Sequence record: OQ174507.1
DNA: 64,000 nt
Strand: one strand, 5' to 3'
Source of the DNA: Escherichia phage REP8
The position numbers and the translations under genes were made by a program. The number at the start of each line of letters is the position of its first letter. The first letter of the stretch is position 1. The notes below the pieces were generated by a model. That model ran no database searches. It saw only the letters and a program-made list of their open reading frames with translations, and was not told the DNA's origin. Shown piece by piece: positions 38,314 to 47,980 of this stretch.

Positions 38314-38799
38314 ATGAATTACATGGAGATTAGGCCATTTGATACAGCTAATGGTGAAGGGGTTCGTGTAAGCCTCTTCGTAGCTGGTTGTAAGCATCAC
38401 TGTGAAGGCTGCTTTAACAGGGAGTCTTGGAAGTTTAATGCTGGTAAAGAGTTTACCTATGCAAACCTCTACGGCATCATTAAGTTAATGGATGATAATG
38501 ATGTCAGTGGTTTGTCAATACTTGGTGGAGAACCTCTGGATGATAGAAATATTCAAGAGGTTACCAACATATGTAAACGTATTAAAACTGTTTATCCAGA
38601 GAAGACTATATGGCTCTGGACAGGTTTTCAGTTACACGAAAAAATTCACCTAGATGTGATGAAATATGTTGACGTGGTTATTGATGGTAAGTATGATTCA
38701 TCTAAACCAACAGTTAAACCATATCGTGGTTCTGATAACCAAAACCTCTGGAGAAAAGAGTATGGGTGGCAAGGTGATTGTCAATGGCGAGCAGAGTGA
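38314..38799 (+). CDS. nrdG: anaerobic ribonucleotide reductase activating protein (radical SAM)
   Basis: CKHHCEGC matches CxxxCxxC radical SAM cluster; follows nrdD. Confidence 0.7.
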   Translation: MNYMEIRPFDTANGEGVRVSLFVAGCKHHCEGCFNRESWKFNAGKEFTYANLYGIIKLMDDNDVSGLSILGGEPLDDRNIQEVTNICKRIKTVYPEKTIWLWTGFQLHEKIHLDVMKYVDVVIDGKYDSSKPTVKPYRGSDNQNLWRKEYGWQGDCQWRAE

Positions 38800-39037
38800 T
38801 TATTCTGGCAAGTGGACTTATGACATCAACAAGTTAGATACCTGGATGATTTATACGAGAGAAAAATTTGGTGCACGTTCATTATGTGCTCTTGCAACGA
38901 TGGTGAAGAACGTTACCTTTGACATTCATGAATCTGATAAGTTTGGAGACTTCTACAGGATTCAAAACATCAGAGAAGGTATAACTCCAATCGGTATCAC
39001 TGAAGAAGAACTTCATAAGTTCTGTATCAAACTTTAA
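38762..39037 (+). CDS. hypothetical protein
   Basis: ATG at 38762 overlapping nrdG 3' end. Confidence 0.25.
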   Translation: MGGKVIVNGEQSDYSGKWTYDINKLDTWMIYTREKFGARSLCALATMVKNVTFDIHESDKFGDFYRIQNIREGITPIGITEEELHKFCIKL

Positions 39038-39040
39038 TGA

Positions 39041-39319
39041 GTGAGACTAAAAATGGGAATTTTAGGTAATATGAAAGCTGGCTTCTTGAAGGCACTGGCA
39101 AAAGCAGCAGCAATCATTTCTATGACTGGAAAGCAGGTTGGTGTGGATGCTTCAGCAATTACACAAGTTCTTGCAAGCCAAATTGAACAGCAACCTTACA
39201 TCCACGTAGGACGTGGAAAAGGTGGTAAGAAACAAGCACATCGACCAACTGGTGCAGCAGCTATTAAACGAGCAGCTAAAAAAGCTCGTAACCGTAAACG
39301 TAACAAGAAGGCTAAATAA
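39041..39319 (+). CDS. hypothetical basic protein
   Basis: Lys/Arg-rich C-terminus. Confidence 0.25.
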   Translation: MRLKMGILGNMKAGFLKALAKAAAIISMTGKQVGVDASAITQVLASQIEQQPYIHVGRGKGGKKQAHRPTGAAAIKRAAKKARNRKRNKKAK

Positions 39320-39321
39320 TC

Positions 39322-39642
39322 ATGAGCAAAGTTTATAACACTCGTAAATTACAGATTTTCGTACTGTGCCAGTTTATGGCTAAAGAATACAACTTCTACT
39401 ATTGTGGTACAGGTTTTATTAGCGATGATGATGGCTCATACCTCCCATTCAAAGAAGCTGTGAAACTCTTTAATGAAGAGAAAAGCTCTAAGAAAGATAT
39501 TGAAAAGGTTAAGCTAACCTACAGCAAGAAAGATAAGAAGATTATCTGCCTAGATAACTTTGTAAAAGTTACTGGAGAAGCAAAAGAGTTTATGGATGAG
39601 AGTGAGATTTCATTCACAAGCATCTTGAAAGTAGCTCAGTAA
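39322..39642 (+). CDS. hypothetical protein
   Basis: ORF only. Confidence 0.25.
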   Translation: MSKVYNTRKLQIFVLCQFMAKEYNFYYCGTGFISDDDGSYLPFKEAVKLFNEEKSSKKDIEKVKLTYSKKDKKIICLDNFVKVTGEAKEFMDESEISFTSILKVAQ

Positions 39643-39653
39643 ACAGATACTAT

Positions 39654-39682
39654 AAGGGAACTGTAAAGGTTCCCTTTTTATT
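39654..39682 (+). terminator. intrinsic terminator
   Basis: GGGAAC-loop-GTTCCC hairpin followed by TTTTTATTTT. Confidence 0.5.
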
Positions 39683-39693
39683 TTGGAGATAAA

Positions 39694-40209
39694 ATGTATC
39701 TGTCAAACCTGAAACGTTCGGCTGCAATGTCAGTGTTAAGACTCAGCTTTGAGGAACGTCAAGAGTTCATTGACTCCCACCAATACGACCCCTCAAACTC
39801 CAATCACATGATTCTCTGGAATCGTGAAAGTGCTCGTGAAAGAGCACTATTCCGTTATTACCCACACTACACCATAGACAACCTGTATGAATGTTTTGTT
39901 GTGAAGAACACCATTACAGTACTCAATAAACTTTGCAGATACACAGGTAGTCAATCCTTCACATTAGGCCACCACAAACCTGTTACAAAGGGTGGTGAGC
40001 ATCACTGTGCAAACTGGTTTATCCAGACTAAACTTGATAACCAGAAGCAGGGAGATAACCTTCTAAGCACACCTAAGATGACCTACGAAGAACAAGAGAA
40101 ATATATCAAAAATAATATGCCAGATGTGCTTGACAACAACTATACAGATTTGGCAATATCTCTCCTGTTGAAGTTCGAGACAGTTTATAGGGCAACTTAT
40201 AATGGCTAA
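39694..40209 (+). CDS. HNH-like nuclease
   Basis: LGHHKPVTKGGEHHCANW...N resembles the HNH His/Asn core; weak. Confidence 0.3.
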   Translation: MYLSNLKRSAAMSVLRLSFEERQEFIDSHQYDPSNSNHMILWNRESARERALFRYYPHYTIDNLYECFVVKNTITVLNKLCRYTGSQSFTLGHHKPVTKGGEHHCANWFIQTKLDNQKQGDNLLSTPKMTYEEQEKYIKNNMPDVLDNNYTDLAISLLLKFETVYRATYNG

Positions 40210-40480
40210 AGAAAAGTGGGAGATTTTACCATTAGTCAGTGAAGGAGGTAATGGTTGTGAGATGTACATGATACGTGGTCATGTTCCAGAACCAATTGCA
40301 CTTGAGATGGTAAACAACTTTACAGATGGTTCTTACAAAGACTTAGGAGAGCCAACTATAAAGCATCAATGGGTAAAGCCTGTACCAGACAGCACAGGTA
40401 ACTGTAGTGTACTTTACCACGTTGTAGACCCTGTAAAATGCAAATCTGCAATGGCAGTAACAAACGTAACTTTTGATTGA
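40202..40480 (+). CDS. hypothetical protein
   Basis: ORF only. Confidence 0.25.
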   Translation: MAKEKWEILPLVSEGGNGCEMYMIRGHVPEPIALEMVNNFTDGSYKDLGEPTIKHQWVKPVPDSTGNCSVLYHVVDPVKCKSAMAVTNVTFD

Positions 40481-41373
40481 GAGAGAAAACTATGAAAACA
40501 TCTATCCGTGTCACAATTCATTCACCGACTAAAGGAACTCACGAAGAAGAGTTTAACATCATCCAATTCCCCTCTGGTGAGATTGGTGGCCACTTTTCAC
40601 AAGAGCTTGTTGATTTTACTGCTTATGCAGCATCATCTATTAACAATGTGGTTATGATTGTAAAGGGTTATGACAAAGACACACTGTTTGCTGTGGCACT
40701 GGCTAAAGAAGCAATTGACGATTTAGTTCCTCATGATTATGCCCTGAAGACTGTCATTTTTTACTACTTGCCAAATGCACGATACGACCGTCACATGTTT
40801 AAAGGCGACGCAGCAGCTTTAAAGGTTTTTGCTAAACAGGTAAATGCAATGGGATTTGGTGCAGTCTGTGCAGTTGACCCTCACAGTTATGTACCAGATA
40901 ACCTGTTTAACTGCTTCCAAAGTATTCCTCAAAAGGAAATTGCAGTCCATTATGCAAATGACCCTCTGATTGATTACTTAGTAGCCCCAGATGCAGGTGC
41001 TTCTAAGAAGATTGCAGAGACTGCTAAAGAGGTGGATAAACCATATATCACAATGTCTAAAGTACGTAACCTTAAGACTGGTGAAATTACTGGTATGCGA
41101 ATCCTTGATGATGTTGATTTGACAGATAAAACCGTCATGATTCTGGATGATATCTGTGATGGTGGTCGAACCTTCGTAGAAGCAGCGAAACATCTTCGTG
41201 AAGCAGGTGCAAAACGTGTGGAACTTTATGTAACACATGGTATTTTCTCTAAAGGTGTTGAAAACTTACTTGACAATGGTATTGACCACATCTACACTAC
41301 AAACTCTTTAGGAGAAGCTAAAGACCGTAGCTTAACACATTATAGTCAAGTTACTGTAGCAAACCTTGATTGA
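40477..41373 (+). CDS. ribose-phosphate pyrophosphokinase-like enzyme (Prs family; candidate ADPR-PP synthetase)
   Basis: PRPP-binding motif VMILDDICDGGRT; ~300 aa; immediately upstream of NAMPT-like gene. Confidence 0.6.
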   Translation: MREKTMKTSIRVTIHSPTKGTHEEEFNIIQFPSGEIGGHFSQELVDFTAYAASSINNVVMIVKGYDKDTLFAVALAKEAIDDLVPHDYALKTVIFYYLPNARYDRHMFKGDAAALKVFAKQVNAMGFGAVCAVDPHSYVPDNLFNCFQSIPQKEIAVHYANDPLIDYLVAPDAGASKKIAETAKEVDKPYITMSKVRNLKTGEITGMRILDDVDLTDKTVMILDDICDGGRTFVEAAKHLREAGAKRVELYVTHGIFSKGVENLLDNGIDHIYTTNSLGEAKDRSLTHYSQVTVANLD

Positions 41374-41382
41374 AAGTTTATA

Positions 41383-41404
41383 GGGGCTTAAAAGCCCCAT
41401 TTTG
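41383..41404 (+). terminator. hairpin with weak T-tract (possible attenuator)
   Basis: GGGGCT-loop-AGCCCC followed by ATTTT. Confidence 0.35.
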
Positions 41405-41418
41405 AGAGAGATTAAAAG

Positions 41419-43200
41419 ATGACTAAATCACTTTATGCAGTACCAGCAGGTCTTAATGCAGATGCTTACAAGGCATCACATATATATCAGTATCCAGATG
41501 CTACGCAATATCTTATGTTGAACCTGACACCACGTAGTGATAAATGGTTTAACAGCCCCTTAGCAATTGATGGTGTAGTTGCTTTTGGTATTCAACGTTT
41601 TGTTAAAGATTACTTGATAGACCACTGGAACGCCACTTTCTTTGAACGTGATAAAAAAGAAGCAGTTGACGAAATCTTAGAAGTCATGAATGGTGTTCTG
41701 GGTAAAGATGCTATCGGTCGAGAGCATTGGGAAGCACTTCACGATTTAGGCTATCTACCAGTTGAAGTATACGCTGTAGAAGAAGGTACAGTTGTTCCTA
41801 TGCGTGTTCCAATGATTGTCTTCCAGAACACTGTTTCAGGTTTCCATTGGGTAGCAGGTTATCTGGAAGATGCTTTCTCTGCTGAGATTTGGAAGGCTTG
41901 TACCATTGCAACTATCGCATTGCACTACAAACGCATCTGTAAGAAGTGGGCTGACCTTACTTGTGACAACGACTTACATTTACCTTATCAGTGTCACGAC
42001 TTTGCTATGCGTGGTATGTCCGGCTTTACTGATGACGCATTTAATGCTGTAGGTCACTTAACCAGCTTTAAAGGAACTGATAGCTTCCCTGCTGTATATA
42101 CAGCTAAACGTATCTATGGTCAGTCTTACCCAATCTCTGATATTGGTAGTTCTGTACCAGCCACTGAACACTCTGTAATGTGTGCAAACATTGCTTGGGA
42201 AGGTGGTAATGAGTTGATTGAAGAAGAAAGACGCTTTAAAGGTGAGTTGCAAACCTTCCGTCGTTTCTTAACAGAAACTTACCCAACTGGTATTGCAAGC
42301 ATTGTTTCAGATACTTATAACTTCTGGAGAACTGTGTCAGAAATCTTACCAGCACTCCGTAAAGAGATTATGGAACGTGATGGCAAACTGGTAATTCGTC
42401 CTGACTCTGGAGACCCTGTACATATTGTCACAGGTTATAAAGCAATCCACTTAGAGTGTGCTAAAAAGGCTTATTACGAACACTTAAGCAAGCTTGAAGC
42501 CAGCGACACAATGTTGAATGCTGTTCTGAACATGAAGCTTGAAAACATCAATTATGGTATTGCTGGATGGCTACTGTCAGAAGGCTACGAAATGGTTGTT
42601 GACAGAGAAGACTTTGAAGTTGCTGATACAGTGCTGTTGAAAAACGCTTATATGGTTGGTTCTGCAAACGTTGTAACACGTCCTGTAGCTGAGATTGATG
42701 GAGCTATTAAGACACTGTACAACATCTTTGGGGGAACTATTAACTCTAAAGGGTTTAAGGTACTGGATGAGCACATCGGCCTTATCTATGGTGACTCTAT
42801 CACGTTGGAACGTGCAAACGAAATCCTGAAGCGTTTGTATGAAATGGGTTTTGCAAGCTCTAACGTAGTGTTTGGCGTAGGTTCTTACACTTACCAGTAC
42901 ATGACTCGTGACACCTTTGCATTTGCTGTCAAAGCAACTCTTGCAAGCATTGGTGGTAAAGAGATTATGCTTGCAAAAGACCCTAAAACAGATAGTGGTG
43001 TTAAGAAATCTGCTTTTGGTGGTGTAGCACCTATGTGGGATGGTGATAAGTTGAAAGCTGTAGATGGCTATGGATTCCAGAGCTTTGCAGATGTACTTGA
43101 ACATCCAGCTTGTGCTTTACGTTTAATCTTTAGCGACTCTGAGCAGTTCGGTTACACAACGCTTGGTGATATTCGAAATAATATTGACAAGCAGCTTTAA
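41419..43200 (+). CDS. nicotinamide phosphoribosyltransferase-like enzyme (NAMPT family)
   Basis: 593 aa; overall resemblance to NAMPT/NadV as recalled; paired with Prs-like gene. Confidence 0.6.
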   Translation: MTKSLYAVPAGLNADAYKASHIYQYPDATQYLMLNLTPRSDKWFNSPLAIDGVVAFGIQRFVKDYLIDHWNATFFERDKKEAVDEILEVMNGVLGKDAIGREHWEALHDLGYLPVEVYAVEEGTVVPMRVPMIVFQNTVSGFHWVAGYLEDAFSAEIWKACTIATIALHYKRICKKWADLTCDNDLHLPYQCHDFAMRGMSGFTDDAFNAVGHLTSFKGTDSFPAVYTAKRIYGQSYPISDIGSSVPATEHSVMCANIAWEGGNELIEEERRFKGELQTFRRFLTETYPTGIASIVSDTYNFWRTVSEILPALRKEIMERDGKLVIRPDSGDPVHIVTGYKAIHLECAKKAYYEHLSKLEASDTMLNAVLNMKLENINYGIAGWLLSEGYEMVVDREDFEVADTVLLKNAYMVGSANVVTRPVAEIDGAIKTLYNIFGGTINSKGFKVLDEHIGLIYGDSITLERANEILKRLYEMGFASSNVVFGVGSYTYQYMTRDTFAFAVKATLASIGGKEIMLAKDPKTDSGVKKSAFGGVAPMWDGDKLKAVDGYGFQSFADVLEHPACALRLIFSDSEQFGYTTLGDIRNNIDKQL

Positions 43201-43213
43201 AAGTATATGATAA

Positions 43214-43238
43214 GAGGCTCCTACGGGAGCCTTTTTAA
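43214..43238 (+). terminator. intrinsic terminator
   Basis: GGCTCC-loop-GGAGCC followed by TTTTT. Confidence 0.55.
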
Positions 43239-43253
43239 TTTCTGGAGAAAACT

Positions 43254-43589
43254 ATGAAAATCAAAGAGATGAATATCAACATTGTCTTAGAGGAACGTTG
43301 GGAGAACATTAAGAAACCTGAAGATGGTAAAAAATTCCTTAACAAAATTTTAGTAGCAGCTAAAGAAGAACTGACTGGTAAGGTTGCAGCAGCAATCACA
43401 ATAAAGGTTTGTGTAAAAGGTCTTCCACAACATCACCAATTTGCACTTGACGAGTTTAAAGAGAGCTTCTATAATCCAAACAAACAGATGCTTGAAAGTA
43501 ACTTTGCAGTATCTACAAGTATCGTTCATGACAGAAGCTTTATCCTTTACAAGAATATGAGAGGTGAGTCATGCAAGCATATTGGATAG
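43254..43589 (+). CDS. hypothetical protein
   Basis: ORF only. Confidence 0.3.
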   Translation: MKIKEMNINIVLEERWENIKKPEDGKKFLNKILVAAKEELTGKVAAAITIKVCVKGLPQHHQFALDEFKESFYNPNKQMLESNFAVSTSIVHDRSFILYKNMRGESCKHIG

Positions 43590-43747
43590 AAATTTTGCTG
43601 TCACTTGGTAGTGTAGCAGTATTTGTTTACCTTCTTTGCAAGTACTATGCAGAGCACAAAAAATGTGACTTCTGTAACGGAGAAGGTTATACAAGAGCAG
43701 GTTGCTGCCCTATGTGTGGTGGTTCTGGTAAAATGTTTAATAAGTAA
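43571..43747 (+). CDS. small membrane protein with two DnaJ-type CxxCxGxG zinc-finger motifs (58 aa, below ORF-track cutoff)
   Basis: N-terminal hydrophobic helix followed by CDFCNGEG and CPMCGGSG. Confidence 0.35.
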   Translation: MQAYWIEILLSLGSVAVFVYLLCKYYAEHKKCDFCNGEGYTRAGCCPMCGGSGKMFNK

Positions 43748-43775
43748 TTTAACAGTAAACTAAGAGGAAAGTATT

Positions 43776-46142
43776 ATGCGCATGGTAAACGACCACGCAG
43801 AAGTGATTAAGAGTTCAACTTCTTTAGAGACGTCTCAAGCACAGATTACAATGACACCTGAAATGTTCAGCCTTTTGAGTTCTGGTGTATATACCTTTAA
43901 AGAAAGGGCAGTTATTCGTGAACTGTCATGTAACGCAGTAGATGCTCAGAAAGAAGCTGGAAAAGAGAATATCCCGTTCCATGTGCATTTGCCTACTCGT
44001 TTTGAGCCTTACTTTGAAGTTCGTGATTTTGGAACTGGATTGACTCATGATAAAGTTATGAGTTTGTATCTGAACTACGGAGCTTCTACGAAGAATGACT
44101 CTAATGATTACATTGGTGCAATGGGTATCGGCTCAAAGTCACCATTTGCAATTGCTCAGTCATTCACAGTATCTAGCTATGTTGACGGTGTTGTTAATAA
44201 GTACTCTGTTTATCTTGAGAATGGTATCCCTCAAGTAACTAAGCTGACCACCAACCCAACAAAAGAACCTAATGGTTTAGCTGTACGTGTAGCAGTTGCT
44301 GACCATCGTATCTCAAAGTTCTTTGAAGAAGCTGGTCACGTATACTCATACTTTGCTGTAAAACCAGAAAGTAACATCGAGTATGACGATGTATTAGCAG
44401 ATATGAATGTCATTGCCCGTGAAGAAGGTGTTTATGATGCCATGATTCATAAACAAAGCTGGCGTTCTAGTGGTAACAGGACAGAGTTTAACGTGGTGAT
44501 GGGTAACATTGCCTATCCTGTTAACATGGAAGCATTACTTGGTGATGATTTCTTCAAAATCTTGCCAGAATTTTTCCGTAGGAGCGTAGACCTTGTAAAC
44601 ATCTACATGCCTATTGGTTCAGTTGCTATTGCAGCTTCTCGTGAAGCATTGCAGATGAATGACACGACAAAAAATGTTATCATCGAGGCTACTAAAAAGA
44701 TAACTGAAGCAATTACAAAGGATGTTATTAAGGGAGTTAATAGTCAACCTACACTTATGGATGCTGCACAGGCTTATGCAGAGTTACGTTTGAACTCACG
44801 AGAAATGTTTAATGCTGTGTGTCCAAAGCTAGAGTGGGGAGGCGTTAAGCTTGATTCTCTGGAAGAAGAATTGCTAAACATTCGTCGTGGGATTATCTAC
44901 GCAGAAGATGGCTCAGTCATTTATGAACGTGACGGTAAAGGCAATATTAAGGTTGATAGGAACGGAAACAACATCCCTAAAGTAGATTATCTTTATGACC
45001 CAGTTGCTTATGTCAAGTTCAACTCTTTAGAGAGTAAGATTCGTGCAACAGCACTTTCCTACACTCAAGAGGCAAGTATGTTCAATATCTTTGGTGCAAT
45101 GCGTAAAAGCCAAATTGAACAGTTTTTGTTTGTGATTAATGACCGTCGCAATAAAAACGGTACTGAGAAGACTGTAGGCCGCAATCAGATTCTGCGTGGT
45201 GCATGTCGAGACTACGCCAGTGAGTCAAGTCTGTTTCACAGATACAATGGTATTGTGTTTGTATTCTCGACTGAAAAAGAGTTAGATGATTTAATCAATC
45301 TACACAAACTTGATAAAAGCTTGTTAAAGATTGTGAAGATGTCTGATAAGGAACATCATTATCAGCGTAAAGAAGCTGTAAGAGGTGTTGTAAAACTTTG
45401 GAAAGCTGTTCCAGCAGAAGGTGTAGCTTCATACAAAGAGGTGTCAGAAGACTTAGATACGATTGAAGAGCCTCAGCTTTATATTAAGGCAGTAGGCGAC
45501 ACAGTTGATGGCGAATGTTTTTGCTCATCTCCAGAAGATGTAGCTAAGTCAGTTGCCAATGTCATTGGAAAGACAGTATATGTTTTCCGAAAAGCAAATT
45601 GGAAAAAGATACCAGAAGACTGGATTGAAGTAGATGAGAAGCTCTTGAACGACAGCTTAACTGATGTTCACTGGATTAATCACAACAGGTATATGACACG
45701 TATCTATATGAATGGTGTCCTAGACCTCACAAGCAGTTGGATTATTGCCAGAAACTTTACGTTCAATAACAGGAAGATTTCTCGTGGCTATTGCTATTCA
45801 CGAGATACAAACAAAACTATCTTCCTAGAAGGTAATGAAGATGCTGTTGAGGCAATGTTTGGTAAAATCCAATACGTTGCTGCACCGTTTGCATACACTT
45901 ACACTATTAGTCGGTTGCAAACTTTGAAAGAGTGCCTTGACAATGATACAAAGCTGTACAAGAAAATTAAGAAAGCTGGTGACCGTATGGTTATTAAGGT
46001 GACAAACTACCTTTCAAAAAGAAAACAAGAAAACTTCTTGCTTTCTCATTTAGATTGGAATAAAGTGTCACCCATCGAAGTGAGTAAGTTCTTAGGCTTT
46101 GATGTGAAGTGTGTTCCAGAAGGGACTACAATTTACGATTAA
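43776..46142 (+). CDS. rIIA: rIIA-like protein
   Basis: 788 aa; N-terminal GHKL-type ATPase motifs (ELSCNAVDA, DFGTG, GAMGIGSKS). Confidence 0.5.
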   Translation: MRMVNDHAEVIKSSTSLETSQAQITMTPEMFSLLSSGVYTFKERAVIRELSCNAVDAQKEAGKENIPFHVHLPTRFEPYFEVRDFGTGLTHDKVMSLYLNYGASTKNDSNDYIGAMGIGSKSPFAIAQSFTVSSYVDGVVNKYSVYLENGIPQVTKLTTNPTKEPNGLAVRVAVADHRISKFFEEAGHVYSYFAVKPESNIEYDDVLADMNVIAREEGVYDAMIHKQSWRSSGNRTEFNVVMGNIAYPVNMEALLGDDFFKILPEFFRRSVDLVNIYMPIGSVAIAASREALQMNDTTKNVIIEATKKITEAITKDVIKGVNSQPTLMDAAQAYAELRLNSREMFNAVCPKLEWGGVKLDSLEEELLNIRRGIIYAEDGSVIYERDGKGNIKVDRNGNNIPKVDYLYDPVAYVKFNSLESKIRATALSYTQEASMFNIFGAMRKSQIEQFLFVINDRRNKNGTEKTVGRNQILRGACRDYASESSLFHRYNGIVFVFSTEKELDDLINLHKLDKSLLKIVKMSDKEHHYQRKEAVRGVVKLWKAVPAEGVASYKEVSEDLDTIEEPQLYIKAVGDTVDGECFCSSPEDVAKSVANVIGKTVYVFRKANWKKIPEDWIEVDEKLLNDSLTDVHWINHNRYMTRIYMNGVLDLTSSWIIARNFTFNNRKISRGYCYSRDTNKTIFLEGNEDAVEAMFGKIQYVAAPFAYTYTISRLQTLKECLDNDTKLYKKIKKAGDRMVIKVTNYLSKRKQENFLLSHLDWNKVSPIEVSKFLGFDVKCVPEGTTIYD

Positions 46143-46147
46143 AGTGT

Positions 46148-46177
46148 TTGACAAGGGGCTTTGAAGCACCTTAGAAT
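46148..46177 (+). promoter_or_regulatory. sigma70-like promoter
   Basis: TTGACA ... TAGAAT with imperfect hairpin in the spacer. Confidence 0.4.
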
Positions 46178-46221
46178 AGCTTTACAAAATGATTTATTAA
46201 CTAACAAGAGAGAGTAATAAG

Positions 46222-47331
46222 ATGACTACTAAAACTAAAGCACAGATTGACGCAGAAATTTACAAACTGGTTAAAGAAGGCAAGCTGACTAAAACAGCTA
46301 TTGCACAGAAGTTCAATACTTCAACCCGTTCAGTTGGTCGTGCTGTAGAGCGTCATGAAGCAACCTTAAAAGGTAAGAAAAAGGTAGCTTCGACACCAGC
46401 TAAGAAGACTTTGAAGCAAGTTGCTAAGTCAGTTAAAAAGAAAGCTGGAAAACCAGTTGAAAAGGTTGTTAAAGACACTGTACAGAAAGTTCCAGTAAAT
46501 AAACTGCACGAAGCTATGCAGAAAGATGACAAGATTGAGTACATGATTACTGGTGACTCTGTAATTATGACTTATGGTTCAGAATCTGAAATTGTTGAGT
46601 CTACTCATCCGAACTATCAAGAGATTGTAGTTCATGTTGTGAAAGGTGAGTTCAAGAAAGCTTTCGAACTGATGAACATTCGTAAATCTATCGAAAACTT
46701 CACTCAGGGTGCTATCACAATCAAAGGTGACAAGTTATTCTACGGTGCTGTTGAGATGCGTTCTACTCTGGTTGACCGTATTCTTCACATGATGAAGACT
46801 GGTGATAAAGGTTTTGAACGACTTGTAATGTTCTTCGAAAAACTGATGGAAAACCCATCTAAAGACTCTGTAGAACAACTTTGGGGATTTGTATCTCACC
46901 TTGATGTTGAAATTGATGAAGAAGGCTACATCATTGGTTGGAAGAAAGTCTCTACTCGTGAAGGAAAACTGGTTGACTCTCACACCTACAAAGTACCTAA
47001 TGATTTGGGTAACATTGTAGAGATGCCACGTTGGATGGTTGATAACAACCGTAACGTAACTTGCTCTCAAGGTCTTCATGTTGGTGCTTGGGATTATGTT
47101 CGTTGCTTCTCAGGTGATACCATCCTGAAGGTTCGCGTCCATCCACGAGATGTTGTATCTGTTCCAACTGATTATAACGATATGAAGATGCGCTCGTCTC
47201 GTTATGAAGTTGCAGCAATCGTTGATAATCAACGTAAAGTGCTGGAAGCATGGGATGGTAAGACTGAAGCTTTACATGTCATCGTCGGTACTGCTGGAGA
47301 ACTTATCTCTCAGCGTAAACGTGAAATCTAA
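46222..47331 (+). CDS. rIIB: rIIB-like protein
   Basis: Follows rIIA-like gene; N-terminal HTH-like segment; size close to T4 rIIB. Confidence 0.4.
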   Translation: MTTKTKAQIDAEIYKLVKEGKLTKTAIAQKFNTSTRSVGRAVERHEATLKGKKKVASTPAKKTLKQVAKSVKKKAGKPVEKVVKDTVQKVPVNKLHEAMQKDDKIEYMITGDSVIMTYGSESEIVESTHPNYQEIVVHVVKGEFKKAFELMNIRKSIENFTQGAITIKGDKLFYGAVEMRSTLVDRILHMMKTGDKGFERLVMFFEKLMENPSKDSVEQLWGFVSHLDVEIDEEGYIIGWKKVSTREGKLVDSHTYKVPNDLGNIVEMPRWMVDNNRNVTCSQGLHVGAWDYVRCFSGDTILKVRVHPRDVVSVPTDYNDMKMRSSRYEVAAIVDNQRKVLEAWDGKTEALHVIVGTAGELISQRKREI

Positions 47332-47345
47332 TAAGTAATTTCTTA

Positions 47346-47370
47346 AAAGGCTGCTTCGGCGGCCTTTTTT
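47346..47370 (+). terminator. intrinsic terminator
   Basis: GGCTGC-TTCG-GCGGCC hairpin (one G-U pair) followed by TTTTTT. Confidence 0.5.
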
Positions 47371-47399
47371 ATTTGTATTTTGTGCAGAGTGCTGTATAA
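47371..47399 (+). promoter_or_regulatory. sigma70-like promoter with consensus -10
   Basis: TATAAT at 47394-47399; weak -35 TTTGTA 17 nt upstream. Confidence 0.4.
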
Positions 47400-47431
47400 T
47401 TGAGGTCACGATAAACTAAACAGGAGAACCA

Positions 47432-47980
47432 ATGAAGAAGTTGATTCTAGGTTTGTGCTTAATGTTTACAGCACACTTATCTTATGCAGTTGACTGCCCA
47501 GAGCTATCAATTAGCCAAAAAGTAAACATGTTAAAAGCTTACCAGTATGGTGAGAATAATATGGGTAAAGGATGGGGCATCACTCTAGCTGCTATAGCCT
47601 TACAAGAGTCAGAGTTAGGTCTGAATATGGAGAATAAAAAGACCCATGACTATGGTATCTTCCAGAATCACTTGAAGACTGTTGTAAAGCGTAACAAAAT
47701 CAGTCCTAATGTGGCTAAAAAGAAACTCTTAAAAGACTTCGACTATGCTGCAAAGGAAACACACAAAGAGCTTGAGTTTTGGACGAAGGTACATGGTCAA
47801 CCAAAGTCAAAGAAGACTTTACAAAAAGTTTTAGCGTCATATAATGCTGGGTATTCGTACAAAATCCCTAAAGCTAAGAAATATTCTCAGGATGTCTATA
47901 ACAATATGAAAGTTATCGCTCAATGTGAATTTGCAACAAACATTTCTAAGGTAAATCATGAAAAAATTAAGAAAGTTTGA
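47432..47980 (+). CDS. secreted protein, possible lytic transglycosylase
   Basis: Signal peptide MKKLILGLCLMFTAHLSYA; AIALQESELG weakly resembles the transglycosylase ES motif. Confidence 0.3.
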   Translation: MKKLILGLCLMFTAHLSYAVDCPELSISQKVNMLKAYQYGENNMGKGWGITLAAIALQESELGLNMENKKTHDYGIFQNHLKTVVKRNKISPNVAKKKLLKDFDYAAKETHKELEFWTKVHGQPKSKKTLQKVLASYNAGYSYKIPKAKKYSQDVYNNMKVIAQCEFATNISKVNHEKIKKV

